A DNA stretch of 64,000 nt from assembly GCF_001194135.2 (NCBI RefSeq), contig NC_068988.1, positions 26,416,722-26,480,721 on the forward strand, given 5' to 3'. Within the stretch, counting starts at the first letter, position 1, and each line of letters starts with the position of its first letter. The stretch comes from Octopus bimaculoides. Its lineage: Eukaryota. A model generated the notes under the pieces. The model was not told the origin of the DNA. It saw only the letters and a program-made list of their open reading frames with translations, and made no database searches. Both the position numbers and the translations under genes were made by a program. This document shows positions 38,156 to 53,089 of the stretch, piece after piece.

Positions 38156-39514
38156 CGAAGAGACTGAATTGTGTATAGACCGGACTATGATTAACTCCTA
38201 TTCTCCACATATGGATTCTGAAGCTTGGAATCGTTTGCGAATACTCTTGCTTTACGGAGCTTCATGATATTTAAAATAGCATTTTTATATACCTTGATGA
38301 GGATTGAGACCAGCACACTCTATTAGGGAATATCGCTTGTGACTTAAACATACATGCATGTGTGTGTGTCTGTGTGTCTGTGTGTGGTCTGCGGGTGTGT
38401 ATAGGTTTCTTATATTCCCTTCTTTATTATCACGAGTGAACATTACAGGAAATATCCTTAGCGTCTACCAATAAAACACTCTTCTCTAATGACGTTCGAC
38501 AGTATTGCTCAGTTATATTGCTGCATAACATAAGGCTCGATAGATCAAAGAACATATATCGAAATATCTTGAATTACGCTTAGAAATTCATATTCTATAT
38601 AAATTGCTATCTATCATCTGTGTATCGGAATAGTAAAATTCTAAATATTAATTGAAATTTATAAATACCGATTTATTCATTGAAGTCATGATGCCCTTGC
38701 GGGTTACAATCTTATATTGAAGAAATGAAATCGTATGAGAAAATATATTTAAACTGCTTCTATTAAATATCTACAGGTTTAAATTGGAGATAATTTCGAC
38801 AATTACGGAATAAATTGAAATACGATAAAGGTATATGAAAATATAATGCACGCGTTTATTAGCTTCGAGCACCAATTATCTTCAATTTACAGATATTTAT
38901 TGACAAATATATTTTTAAAACAAACCCGAAGAAAAATTTGAAAACATTCTCGATGGAAAAATATTTAGGATGAAAACGTAAATAAGTTGAAGATCATTGA
39001 TTGAAAGTGACAAACATTGTAAGACATTTTCTTAATATAAATACAAATTTCTTATGACAATATTCATTAAATATTCACTAGATATTAAATTATATTCTTT
39101 CACACAAGCACACACACAGACATACAAAAACGCTCTTAGATATTACAATTTGATAACCTTAATACACGAGTCATATTCACCAGTACATTAATATATGTCA
39201 CTGCATTGATTGCAGTATGGTGAACCACTGAAATACCAACTAAGTATAAGAAGACTATTCCTCTCTTACTTATGTTCCATACGATCCCTACCTTTTTACA
39301 CAAGACACGGCCCATACGCATATAAACGCTTCGTTAATTTCTTGTGTATGTGAAGAGAAACATGCTAACAGACAATATAAAAATTTGGATATGACGAAAA
39401 TTAAAATATAGATAAATATATAGACAGACACGCAGACAGATGAGATGAAGAAGACGTTATCTTTGATGTTATGCACTGCAGTGCAGTTCAGTAGTTGATA
39501 TAGCTTTTAATTCT

Positions 39515-39715
39515 ATAGATGGGAGCCAGATCTTCCAGGATCTTCCATATGCATATCATTGCATACCTTTCTCGCTTTCACTCCAGACAGTAGAGTGTCA
39601 GTTCTTGTAACCTCTCCCAGTAGCGCATGTTTCACCGTGTCAATCTCTTTTGTGAAGTGGCGCTGGCCTCAAGTCCTGCCACCAATTTGACGCACTATTA
39701 TGACCATAGTTGGGT
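39515..39715 (-). mobile_element. CR1-type LINE fragment, post-RT region
   Basis: MRYWERLQELTLYCLE*KRERYAMICIWKILEDLAP (cf. YWERL..L.LYSLERRRERY.II..WKI..G..P). Confidence 0.8.
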
Positions 39716-39721
39716 GCAGTA

Positions 39722-39752
<31 letters not shown>

Positions 39753-39919
39753 TTAAAAGGGTAAAGGTTTATCAATTTATCAATTTATTAATAAATCAAC
39801 AATTAATAATTTTTACCAAGCCCTTCGGTATGTAAACACCATTATCGGTGGAGAACTTATTTAAAAGTTCTTATACATTTATAAACATAATTAAGGGATC
39901 AGCAAACATTTGCTTCACC

Positions 39920-40352
39920 NNNNNNNNNNNNNNNNNNNNNNNNNNNNNNNNNNNNNNNNNNNNNNNNNNNNNNNNNNNNNNNNNNNNNNNNNNNNNNNNN
40001 NNNNNNNNNNNNNNNNNNNNNNNNNNNNNNNNNNNNNNNNNNNNNNNNNNNNNNNNNNNNNNNNNNNNNNNNNNNNNNNNNNNNNNNNNNNNNNNNNNNN
40101 NNNNNNNNNNNNNNNNNNNNNNNNNNNNNNNNNNNNNNNNNNNNNNNNNNNNNNNNNNNNNNNNNNNNNNNNNNNNNNNNNNNNNNNNNNNNNNNNNNNN
40201 NNNNNNNNNNNNNNNNNNNNNNNNNNNNNNNNNNNNNNNNNNNNNNNNNNNNNNNNNNNNNNNNNNNNNNNNNNNNNNNNNNNNNNNNNNNNNNNNNNNN
40301 NNNNNNNNNNNNNNNNNNNNNNNNNNNNNNNNNNNNNNNNNNNNNNNNNNNN
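39920..40352. other. Assembly gap (N-run)
   Basis: Ns; short (AT)n on the right. Confidence 1.
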
Positions 40353-40399
40353 ATATATATTTTAAAAGACTAAAGAATATATTAGAATCATAATAGTAA

Positions 40400-41950
40400 A
40401 CGTATTATGCAATATTGTCACAAATAAGAGTTTTTTCTTCCAACAAAATAATCAGCTTCGTTATCGCTTATCAAATTAAGAGTTTTGGATAAATTTCCTA
40501 ATTATACATTTTGTTCAGTAGGGGGAATAATTGGTAACCAAGGTATTTTACAGTAAAGGGGAGGTAAATCTGTAATTTTTATATTGGTCTACATTTGTTT
40601 CTTAGAATAGTTGTGGGTAAATCTTTAATTTCCAGTAGGGTTTCTATTTAATTCCGGCTTATATTTTTTGATAAATGAGGCCTGTGTATTTTGTCGTACT
40701 TATGTTAAGATCCAAATAACAAATCGATATGAGAAGATTAGGGATTGTGGTTGCAGTTGTTCTGCACATCTGTCAATACGTTCACTGTGATATATCTGGC
40801 GATATTATGTGGGGGGATATTTGTTGTCTGTGGAATGTACATCTCTGTCTGACCGAATTCCTGCCATAAAAACTATATAATAGTTTTTATGGCAGCCCGA
40901 GCAGCTGATAACAGAAATGAGGTTTTCAGAGGTGCAAGTGAAGTTGGTTTTAACTTGGAATGATTGGGATGTGATCTGCAGTTAGGACGATCACACTTTT
41001 TTACTCTTGCGTCCGTTATTTTTGAAAATAATTTAGCATTTGTGAGTATCTTCATTAATATCTTTCGTTGTTTATTGCTTTTTTATAATTCTATAGGTAC
41101 GTAGAATTTCATTCAGTTTGGGGTCCTTGTGGAGTATTGGGAGATTTTAGATAATAATGTTAAATGTTTCTTTGTTTCTGGGGTTGTATGTGGAGTCATA
41201 AGCTAGTGTTTTCTAAGTAGGTGTGTTATTGTGTTTGACGTTTCTTAATGTTTTTCATGTCAATCGATTTTGGACGTTTAATCCATTCATTTATGAGTTG
41301 AATTGGATAGTGCCTGTTTTGATACAATCTTAGTTCCCTAGTATTTTTTCGGACACTATGGTGCAAATCGTTCTTGAAGGTAGAAGTGGATATTTGTTTT
41401 GATGTGTCTCGGGTGGCATGACCTAAATAATAGATAATGTTTAGCGTCTGTGGTTCTGTAAAAAACGTCTGTTTCTATGTTTTGTTTATTTTTTAACCAG
41501 TATGTCTAGGAATCGGAGTTCCTCTTGATTCTGTCCCGTTGTAAATTGTATGCTGGTGTTAATGCTATTAAGAAGTCTTTTTAAATTCCAGGAGCTTTTT
41601 TGTTTTCTTGGAATTCCAGGAGTTGATCTAAGTTGTCACTCCAGAAGATGAAGTATTCGTCGAAAAATCTTTTCCAGTTTTCTTTTATATATTGGGAGAG
41701 AGGGTTTCCAAATTTAGAAAATTACTCCTGATATATTGCTGTTTCTAGATAGCCCATTCTTAGTGTGGTAATGGTCGAGGCTGCCCTGGTTTCCATGGCA
41801 ATTCCGGATTTTGGGCGATAAACAGTGGTGTCGAATATGAATTGTTTGTATTGAAGGGTGAATCTTATTGATACGATTATGAAATCTTTGCTTATCCTTT
41901 CTGGTACTTCTTCTTGTATTTTTTCCAGAATTAAGATGGCAAGAGCTTAA
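40400..41950 (-). mobile_element. Penelope-like element: RT C-terminal half plus GIY-YIG region (decayed)
   Basis: QFIFDTTVYRPKSGIAMETRAASTITTLRMGYLE (cf. F.F....Y.Q..G.AMG...AP..ANL.MG.LE), ENWKRFFDEYFIFW (cf. W.RY.DD.F..W), and GQT / RQRCTFHRQQI in the GIY-YIG region. Confidence 0.85.
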
Positions 41951-44026
41951 AACGTACTCCAGGACAGTATTTCAATCGTATTTAGTATTTCAAAACAGAA
42001 ACAATTCGTTATAAATCTATGTTCAACAAAAATACATCGTTATAAATCTATGTTCAGAAATAATACATCTTACGTAAATAAATATATAGATCAAATAAAT
42101 ATTTTAAATAAATGATACGATAGTATTATAATGAAAGTCTAACATGATAACTGATGACGTAAACCCACGAGTCTCGTGATATTTACCCATCTTTATCACG
42201 TGATACATGATTTTGATGTAATGGATTCTTAAGTCAATAATTATTGGGACTAACTTGAAAGTAAGTCTAAATGAATAATAATATAATAGAAGCAGTTATT
42301 TTAATTTCATATATTATTAACATAAATATGATATATGATATGTTATATATATAATAATATATATTACTCTCATGCGTCTTTATAATTAAACATGATATAA
42401 AGTAATGTATTTCTCATGCGTATTGACACATAAACACATGAATTGTTAGATGAATAATAGTTATAACTTTAAGATTATATATATTTTTTTGAAATAATGG
42501 TTTTAGATAAAAGTTTATATAATTTTAACTTAAACGCATTTAGCGTAAAATTTAAATGTATGATTTAGTACATATGCAAATAAATTTATCGTAAAGCTTA
42601 TCGTATTTATATAAACAGATTTTCCATAACTTTATAACTAGTAAATAACGGGTTTTTTTAACAAATATATTCAGTAAACTTCTATTATGATAATATGTAT
42701 TTTGCTGTTCTGTCTTTTTTTTCGAATGTATGGATACATAACACAAAAAATTTTTTAATAAATTTACATGAGCATATAGCTCATTTCCTTTAAAATAGAA
42801 ATCGTAAAAACTCCGTAAATTTTGATTCAATTATTTTATGCAAATATGAGTATAGAAAATAATAAATAATGATTATAATATAATTTATAGTATGATTTAG
42901 TGTTGACGTTTTGCAGATAAACAACATTTTTTCTGAATGAGTTTTTACGTAAGATGTATCTTTTTTTAACAGTGGAAGTCAATATTTTCTATTTCAACGT
43001 TGATTTATGACGAATTGCTTCTGGTTTGAAATACTAACGCGCAGATATATACTTAAATATACACACACATTTTATAATGGTTATATTAGTTTTTATTCTT
43101 ATACTCTAACTTTTTTAAATAAAGTTGTTGAGGCTCACACTTACAAACATTAATGAGTCAATTAGTTAAACATATCGATTAGTTAAGTCTGTTTTAGGAT
43201 TTCCAGCTTCTAAAATGTACTGTTTGTCCTGTTTTGCCCCGATGAGAATTTTACTCAGAATATTTCCAAAATATGAATTTTTTATAAATTTGTTATTGGT
43301 TTTGGGTTTGAATCGAAACAATTACAGGGATTATTAATATTTATATTTATATTATAATAATAATATAATATTATGTTAATAAATTACGATGTATCTGTTT
43401 GCTCTCTCCATTTTTATTTCACTATATATATATATTCTTGTGCTGAGTACATGCCAAAATAATGAATTATAACATGTGTAACATCCCTCACTTCCATCAG
43501 GCACGAACTACATAGCATAACGAAGTAACAATTGAATATTTATACTCATATGCATACACAAGCACACACATGTACACATTTACACAAGGATATAAATATA
43601 TGTGTGCAGGTGTATGTGCGTGAGTACGTGTATGTATTTTTGTGTATGTGTGTGTTTTGTGTGTGTGCATGTGTGTGAGTGTGTGCGTGTGTATATAATG
43701 ACGGCAAGGAAAGCATGTATGTCTCAAGTATTGGTATGAAAGATTGATTAGAGTTTAGCTCAATTTATTTTCCCTTGTCTTATATTATAGCTAAATATTT
43801 TTCCAAAACGATTTAAACTAACAGCATGAATAACATGAATACAGTTTTAAAGGATAATGGAAAGTAAGTGAATCTAATGTTGACGAAATTTATCCGCTCC
43901 TTTTAAGCGGGAGATAAATTATATACAATCTGATGAGATTAGATTTAGCTGGGTATAACCCAATTTCGTTTCTTTCTCTATTTGTTTCTCTATCTTTATC
44001 TCTTTCACTCTCTCTTTCTTTCCCTT

Positions 44027-44058
<32 letters not shown>

Positions 44059-47000
44059 CCTCCCTCTATCTATCTACCTATCTATCTGTGTTTGTATGTG
44101 TTTGAGTGTATATGTGTGCGTACGTGTGTGTGTAATCATGTCGAAGATCATGTAAGTTTTGTTTACGGGCATAATGTGCCTGTCAAGGAGATTCTATTGG
44201 AGACTACGAAGCGTCTTTCTACTAACGTCCAGTTTATTTGCGACATAGAAAACGGATCCCAGCACCTGCCTGGGAAATTAGATAGAACGCATAGACCTTT
44301 AAAATACCACAAAGCATTTTGTCTATAATTGTCAGAAGTCTAGAAATCCAATGTCTTCATATGGTAATTTCGTTTCTTGATCAACAGGTTGGAATGCGTA
44401 TTGATGTACGCAGGTTTTTAACCCCAAGCGTGGAGACTCGAAATAAATACCGCAAATCATTTTAACCGAATTATTGCAATCCTGCCAATTTGGCCCCTTG
44501 TCTTTCTAATAGTTCAAAAGAAAATTATTAAACTAATTTGTATAATTAGAGGGAGACAAGGTGATCAAATATTCCGGGATGAATGATGTTGAATCAGTCA
44601 CAGTATTGGATTGTTTACTGGGTGTGGTTGATAATTTAAGAAAAAGAAAATATTTTAAATATTAAAATGGCTGACTTAAAATACATCGCCGTAATGACTT
44701 CAATAAAGCAATCGCAAATCCTTTTTTATAATTACACATAATTTATCAGAGATAATTTTGCGGACAGTAATAAATCGTTTCCTCCGAATCCTATGCATTG
44801 ATATTGCCTTAAACGGTTTGCTCACTACAAACACATGATTTCTATAATGAAAAGGTTACACAGACCACATAAATTTTGCAACAGCTTAATAAGTTTGTGG
44901 ATTCAGGTGAAATTGATTTCATCCTACCTTGATCTCAGCTTATATTACAGAAACATGCATGAAATATTGCACTTCATGATTTGAATGTAAAACAGTAAAA
45001 CGAATTACCTCGTTGATAATAACCAATCTCATAACCGCGTCAATGGACTACGTTAGTGCAGAATGTGATCGTGTACTTAGTGAGACCCCATTTTAAATTT
45101 TATCTCATGTGGATTCGAAATTTAGATAGATTGTCTTCGGAATGTATCAGGACTGTAATTTAAATATTCTTGTCATCTAAGAAGAAAACATTCCTTTTGT
45201 CGTTGCCAATGTATTAACAATCAGTGAGTCATACGTTTTAGGTTACACAATTCGTTTTAATATATAGTAAGGCCATTTTATGGTTTCATCAATTGGATCA
45301 TTTTCCACTGTATTTTCGATGCATCAATATTTTTCATAAGCTCTTTTTATATGAAGATTATGATTAGCTACTACTCAAGTGATAAATTCGAACCAGATAA
45401 ACTGTATATTAATCTTGTTTCAACATTGTAAGGTTATGTTACACAAACAAATATAACTGACATTCACAGAGTTACAATCAAATATTTTAGATCCCTCTAA
45501 CTGAGAACGTTTGAGAATATATAACAGTTAAATAATCAATGTTGTTTTTGTCGAAATATTTTGTTTTAAGAATTATTATGCTTAGTCATGTGCCGAGAAA
45601 TTTAGTGTTTTTGAGATTAGTGTTTTAATGTGCTATTCTGATTCACGTATCTGCATGTGTTAATCTTAAGGTCATCATCGCAGTATCTTCCTGAATTTGT
45701 AAATGTTATTCTATTTCTAAATGTAAGTCGCACTTGCACAATGGCGACTATTGGTGTTTGTGCGCTTTCCTAGTTAATATAGATTCATCAAAAAGGATAT
45801 TTCCTTCGGTTGTATCTATGATAGCTCGGGAACTTAACACTGGTAGTTAATACTTTGATAACGATAGAAATAGTTTCCTTCTGAATTACAAGAAATTTCA
45901 AATTATTCAGAAAGAACTATTATAAAATAGTGCCTCTTTGTTTCCATTATTATATCAGTGTTTGCTTAAATAATATTATAATTATTTTACGGAAAACTAA
46001 CACTTGCAGTTCATGATATGAAGGACTGAATGATTTAGTCCTTTCAAATATTGAACTGAGAGATTCGTTTCAATTTGCCTTCGATTAGATTGAACGCTTA
46101 ACATAACTCAAATTCTGTTGTCTTAAGTGTGTCGCTTTTCGAATTGTAATATTTATGGAATTTAGTATGACTTTTTGAATAGGTTTTGTTGATGTTTCTT
46201 TGAATTGATTAATCTGCATTCAGTTTTTAAATTTTAAGCATCAAAATCCTTTTGATGCCTGATGCTTAAATTTGCTTTCTCAGATATTAGGAACCATAAT
46301 TACATTTTATATAGTATGACCGTCTTTTGATAGCACAAAGCTGAGCAATTATTTTTTGCATATATTTTATGGACTCCAGTCGTAGTTGTGAAACTACAGT
46401 ATTAATATCTGGGACCTGAATAGTGAAAAAGATTGACATTTAGCTGTTAATATTTATCTTGCAAATTGAATAGAACACTGATATTTAAATGATGAAAGAA
46501 CATTATCGAAAATGCACTATTAAGTAGCCCCAACTGTGAAGCACTGTAACTGATTCACTTTTGTTTCGGAAATTTTTGACAGACTATCCTCTTCTATTGA
46601 TTACTTTAATTAATGTAATTATTTTCTATGAAAACTTAAATTAAAATTACCTCCAGCTATTTCATCTGATAACACTTAAGTTATCTCCCTTTTTACAATT
46701 GCTTTGCAGTGTCACTTTCAATTATACTCAATTAATATTATCAGTTTAATTATTCCTTTTAATAATTCAAATTTTTAACCTTAATTACTATTCATAACCT
46801 AAACACCTGAACACGCACCGTCCCTTGTTATGCATGAATTACCTTCCTTAGCGCTTTTCATGTTAAGTGTTGTTCATTCATGACTTAATTTCTGGCGCTT
46901 GTCACGCATGACTTGCTGAAGTGAATGTGCGAGCTAACATTCTACGACACCTTCAGTTTTAAAACAACTTTTTTCATCAGTAATCCCCTGCGAGATGGAT

Positions 47001-48884
47001 TTAACGAGACCGAATATCTAGCATAAGAAAAATATATGATCACTCAAATAATGTGTGGGTCTGCCCACAACAACAACAAGAATAACGATAGCCAATTACC
47101 TCCTCTTATTCTTCTACTTGTGAAGCCATTCAATCGTAAATATCATCACACACAACATGGAAAAATATTTCATCTTAAGAAAATACATATTGAAATAAGT
47201 AAACCATAATATCATGAATAGCGAAAGCGAAACCGGTCGATATATTAAAAATTATATTAAAACTATGTAAAGTGTGTATATTTTCGTTTTTTAAATGTCT
47301 TATATATATTACAACTCACCACGTGGAGATAATCGAAATTCCTCTTTCTTTGTTACTACTATAATTAATCTCTGTTAAACAACCATGCGTATATGTGTGA
47401 CTGTATGAACTGCTTGTCCACGAATCTAAAGAATATCCTTCCTTCCCACGCAAGTCTTGACATTGAGCGTAAAGGGTACGGAAAGCCAAACGACTTGCCG
47501 ATGATTTTCCCTTTAGTGAGTGTTAGGACCAGAACATAGAAGATGCGGTCTTGAAACCAACTGGACACCAAAAATATCGTTGTAATATGATCTGGGCGGG
47601 GTCTAAGATTTCATTACTTGGGGACAAGATTTGAATCCTTACACTAAAACCCTTCGCAAAAGGTGGGTGACAGGAGGTTTTGTTAATGAACGACATTACA
47701 GTGGACCTGGACACCGGTTCATACTGGACCAACTGGGAACCAAACGGGAAGCTGTCCTTTTAAATGGTGTAAGTCGAAGTAGAGAAAGTCGTGAATAAAA
47801 GTGTGTAAATATTGAACTAAAAATCCTATGGCTGAAACCATCGACGGTTACCCCACATCGATGGATAAATTGAAAAATAAAATTTCTGAAATGAATAAAA
47901 TTCCGGGATTTCACAGTAGCTTTGAGCTTAGGTGGATGTGTTATGTGTCGAGTTGGGGACACATAAAGGTTTATAAAAATATAGTCCTTTAGGAAAAATT
48001 AATTCTGACCGCTGAAATAGGTTTTTGCAAATTCAGTTTATTTTAATGTTTACAGTAATTTTCCAGGCAGCTTCATATGTAGTGAGAATGTGTTGTGTAT
48101 GCATAGACTAAAACGCTCCTTGTGTGAGTGAGTTCTATTTATTTTCACCCATTATTATATATATTGTAGATAGTTACTATATTCAAGTTCACTACACTAT
48201 TATCTTTCAAAACTACTCTACAGCAGACATGTTATATTGCTGATGTTTCAGCGTGTTGGTGTAGTTCCATTATTTCTAGATTTTTACGAACAGTTTCAAA
48301 ACATATAAACTACCACTCGCATCGATGTTTATCACTTAAAGAAACAACCTATACAATGTTTTTATTGCATATCAGTGATACTTAGTATTTTTTCTATCAA
48401 CAGTTGTATATATGAGGTTTTCTAAAAGGAGGAAAAAATGGTAAAATATCTTTACATTCACAATTTTCTTGTTTAAAATTAATATTTAATAATTGTTAAA
48501 ATCTTAAAATTATTCATAAATCTAATTTTGATCACCTTTACACATTCACACAATTCCACTGTATCATAGTGGAACAGATCAAAGAGTCAATTGCCTTCCT
48601 TTTTAAAATTATAAGGAGTAATGAATTACATAAATGGCAGCGAAACCATCCTCCCATGCGTTATTGTATTAATTTCAGCGGTATTAACAGTTGTGAATTT
48701 CTTAACAATTTCTAATTTCTTTTGTAAATGATGGAGTGAGATTTTCGAAAATTGTAATAGAAAAATATATATATTTTTTTTTTTTTTGTATTGTTGAATA
48801 AGTTAAATGTTTTCATTGCAGCTGTTCTATTCGAACCATGATACGTCTTGCTTAATTTTAAAAACAATTGTCTGAAGTACATTA

Positions 48885-48975
48885 TTTCTCATCAGTGGCT
48901 GTACCAAACAGTGAGACTGGGCCTGGAATCATGTGGCTGGGAAGCAAGCTTTCTACCACATTGTCACGCCTGCTT
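48885..48975 (-). mobile_element. SINE head fragment (third family)
   Basis: Reverse complement gcaggcgtgacaatgtggtagaaagcttgcttcccagccacatgattccagg matches the head at 60247. Confidence 0.65.
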
Positions 48976-49061
48976 ATGTATTAAAAGAATAAAAGAATAT
49001 GGTAAATTTATTCATGAATTTATAACAATATCGTTTAGTTGTGATTTTTTAGACCTTCAGT

Positions 49062-49205
49062 TCAAATAATGCTAAAGTCGTCGTCTTTAACTTTCTTTAT
49101 CGTTCTGAGGTCGATAAAATAAAGCACCAATCAGACCATGCTATCGATATAATATACCATATCTCTCAGCCAAATTTGAAGCTTGCTTTCGATATGACGA
49201 AATAT
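49062..49205 (+). mobile_element. Highly diverged type A-like SINE
   Basis: gttcaaat...aaagtcg...ttctgaggtcgataaaataaagcacca. Confidence 0.5.
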
Positions 49206-52200
49206 TTCACCAATTTAATCATATGAGCATAATACCTAAAATTGTTCAGGAGTCTAATTTGCTTATGTAACATCCACAATAATTGCAAATGCAAATCGTG
49301 ATATTAATCATTATTCTTCACAATACACACATACAAATATATATGCACACAGACATAATCACAAATAAACCGAGATACACAAACCCTTATAACTCACCAC
49401 TTCCAAACTCGCCATTGGTGCAATTAAATTTACCTCACATTATAACTGCATTATTCATTATTTCATCTTGAATAATTATCTTAATGCGTGGTACGGCGCT
49501 GAAAGTTGGAATATTATAAATCGGACTGTAGCTAATCACCAATGAAACAGTTGGAGTTGTTCTTGAATAAAGCTGCTAGGAGATGGACATAATTTGCTAA
49601 TTATTGGAAATACAGGGGAAAACAATAAATAAAGTTACTCCTTTAAATTTAGTTATATCACCAGATTTATAAATCTGTTTCTTCATACTGGAGTTCAAAT
49701 GTTACATCACTAATGACATAATAGTGACATATTTATTCACCCGTTCGACTAATTTTCATTAGTCCTTTTATGATATGCCGTATTTTGTACGTCGGCAAAA
49801 CACCAGCGGAACCAACGATACTCAACGTCAATAAGATATTTCTTGATATAATATAGAATATTTAAACTACGACAATCATGGAAACCACGAAAATTATTTA
49901 CCAAGGATCTACATGTTCGATTACGGCCAACAATCATATTTCATAAGCAGACACAAAATATTCTTATCGTGGGATGCTATATCGTTAGAAAATAATACAT
50001 AAATAGGTGATATAATAATATCTTCAAGAAAGTATTAGCTCGCTAATGTTTATTCCTTTTCTCATAAAGCAGTTGTGTCACTTTTGATTACACACGAAGT
50101 TCATATAAAAAAAATTTATTTGAGAGCCAAGTATTTTTTTAGCTATCTATTTTGGTTTGTTTGCCAATTCTTCAGATATTCTTTGCTCTGTATACTTTTC
50201 GTTAGAATGGGATTTAATTGTTGTTAATTGTTTGGGGTTCCTTTGTTTAGTTGTCAACAATTGCTATTTTATTAGCCCGAAGAATCGTATTGCTTTCGTA
50301 ATTTTCTTGGCACCGACGTGAATTCAAAATTGTCTGTAGCATTTTATTTGCTTCATACTCCTTTTCAAATTCCGTTTCCGTTTCAAATTTAGTTTCCGTT
50401 CTCATATCAGTGAGAAAATTATTTTTTTTCCATTCGAAAAATCTTTTCAGCCAATATTATTTCAATAGTTTGTATTAAACTTTCAGTACCTTCTATCTAA
50501 AAATAGAGACATATTAGTTTCATATACTTTATTCAAATTCTTGTAATATATTTTTTCTTTATAAACTAATGTGCATAGTATTATTAATTAGGAAAGTATC
50601 CAAATGTCGAATGAGTGTAAGATAATTAAACATAAAAATTCGTTATGGGTTATTTACTAAACGTCACTGAAAACGAGACCTAATTTTAATAAAATTTGAA
50701 TGAACAGCAACGAAAGGTCATATAAACATCTACTGTAAAATATTCGTTCTGTATTGGGGAGAAACAATATTGTTGTATTTCGAATCTCATGATCTAAAAA
50801 ACCCCAACACTTCAATCTAAGGACCGATGTTCACACGAGACTCATGTAAAACTTGTATGCTTTCCAGTTACGTCCGAATAGACAAGCAAGAATGGGTTCC
50901 TGTATAAAGCGCGTATGCTAAGAACAATGTAGTTCTAATCACACAAAAATATAGGATGATCTACACTGGAATTATATTGATCAACTCTCAGTTTGTAACA
51001 TACCAATGACAAAATCTACATGCCATACATAAACAATCTAGTAAAAGATGCTTCATCTACATTGATTCTTCACCATGAGTCACAGCGCTACGTGTCAGAT
51101 GTTGCAATTATCCTTGCAGGAAGTAATCAACAGCATATATTGCTTGCATATTTCATAATCTCTACGTAGATATATAACATGAAATAGTTTTATACCATTT
51201 TCAACGCATAATATCTCACAATATTCAGTCATCAAGGAATCAAAGCAACTCTGATTTAAATGCAAATAAGGTTTGTAATATCTGGTTGCTTCGTCAAAGA
51301 ATGATTCATACATACACAGGGTTTAAATAAACCCTCAAGTTCCTTATCGGTTGTATAATCACTGAATATCAATTGATTTACTTAATAAATCGGGACCTTT
51401 TGGAGAATAATATAGTCTACGTACTGTTCTTATCCTTAAACATGTAACGGATTGTCAATTATTTTCTCCTATGAGAGCCCTAATAACTCTGTTAACAACC
51501 ACAAAATGTGTTACTATATGACATATAGTTTTTACTACTTTTTTTTTACTACACTACATGTATCTATACCTAAACAATACGCCGCTTTTTCTAACGAATG
51601 TTTCAGACACTATGCTTGATATTTTATTTATTTTTCCCTTAGAAGTTCTGATGTTGCTCAAAAAATTGAAAAACTTTCCTGTAGCTTGTATAAATATCTC
51701 TTCATCAATCACTTCAGCCGAGACATTTACGTTTCACTACTTTATTATTATTTTTTTTTTCTAAATATTCCCAGACTTCTGCGCTTAGTGAATTTGTTAG
51801 TTTGAATATATTTATCATCAATATTATTTCATGTTTCGATATAATCATTTTATCTCGACTGATATTTTATAAAATAAATGGATTTGCATTTTGGCTTTTG
51901 ATAGTTTGGTATCTTTCAGTTTTGTTTTTATTTTTATTTTGTCCATTATTGGAAACATTTTTTCTGACCTTTACAATATGGTCCACTCAGCTGTTTGCTG
52001 ACATCAACAGCTGTTGATAAACCCAGCGTAAGCCAGTCATTTGCAAAATATAGTATTAAGAATAAACGAAAGGACAAATAATTAAAAAAAAAAAACAATA
52101 ATAGAAATAGCAACAAAACACAATCAGCTTTGCAAAAAAGAGAGAAATATAGCTTTTTGAATTATTCTTCAATAATTACATCGCTGAAAATATTTCAAAC

Positions 52201-52495
52201 TAATCAACCTAATCATTTATTAGACAAACGTCAATGCTATGAATGAAAAATATCAAGAAGATATTTGGACTTCACCACGCTACACACATCGTGTCAGTAT
52301 TATCATTATTTTACTATATGTGAATGTGATGGGTACTGCAATATTAATACGTACTCACCAAATGTTTTTTCCGAATATATTTTACGCTTCTTTACGCTAT
52401 TTGCTCAAATCCCCCGGTGTTCAATAAACTTAATTGCCGATCATTTATTGGAGCTCGTACAACCGACAATTTCTTCTGAATAAATTTATTAAGAA

Positions 52496-52574
<79 letters not shown>

Positions 52575-52614
52575 CGACGACGACGACGACGACGACGATG
52601 ATGATGATGATGAT
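52496..52614. repeat. (ATG/GAT)n(GAC)n(GAT)n microsatellite
   Basis: Read directly; explains the poly-M ORF. Confidence 0.95.
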
Positions 52615-53089
52615 ATTTCAAATATTATTGTGTTACGAAGTGGAATACCACGTTTTAGAGGTCATAAGCTCTGACTGAATTTTGCTGTCACACAGTAAAA
52701 TCTCTTTCAAACATTTACATTAAATATGATGCGTAGATGGCTATTTTAATCCAATACAGCCTGTATGGCATATTACTGAATTCTGCTTAGTTGAATGACT
52801 ATTCGGAACACGAGCAAATTATTTTTCAGTTTCCTTTATATCGGTTGCGGCAAGTCTCGTTGAGGCATATAAATCTGATAACACGCTATTAACTTTCAAC
52901 GAGGAAGAAATGAATTCTGTGGTCTCACTAGCCAATGCTAGGGTGATTTTCCTCTCTCATCGATATATATTGTCGCTTTAAAGATAACAGCACAGCACGG
53001 CCTTAAGATATGTTATCTCTGTAAAAATACAGTATTAAATTGCCGTCCAACGGTATATTTACAATAGGAATGATACAACGATGGCTATT

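Noticed and set aside
47540-47571. SWFQDR resembling the homeodomain WFQNR motif
   Set aside because: No helix 1-2 pattern upstream and no basic residues after it.
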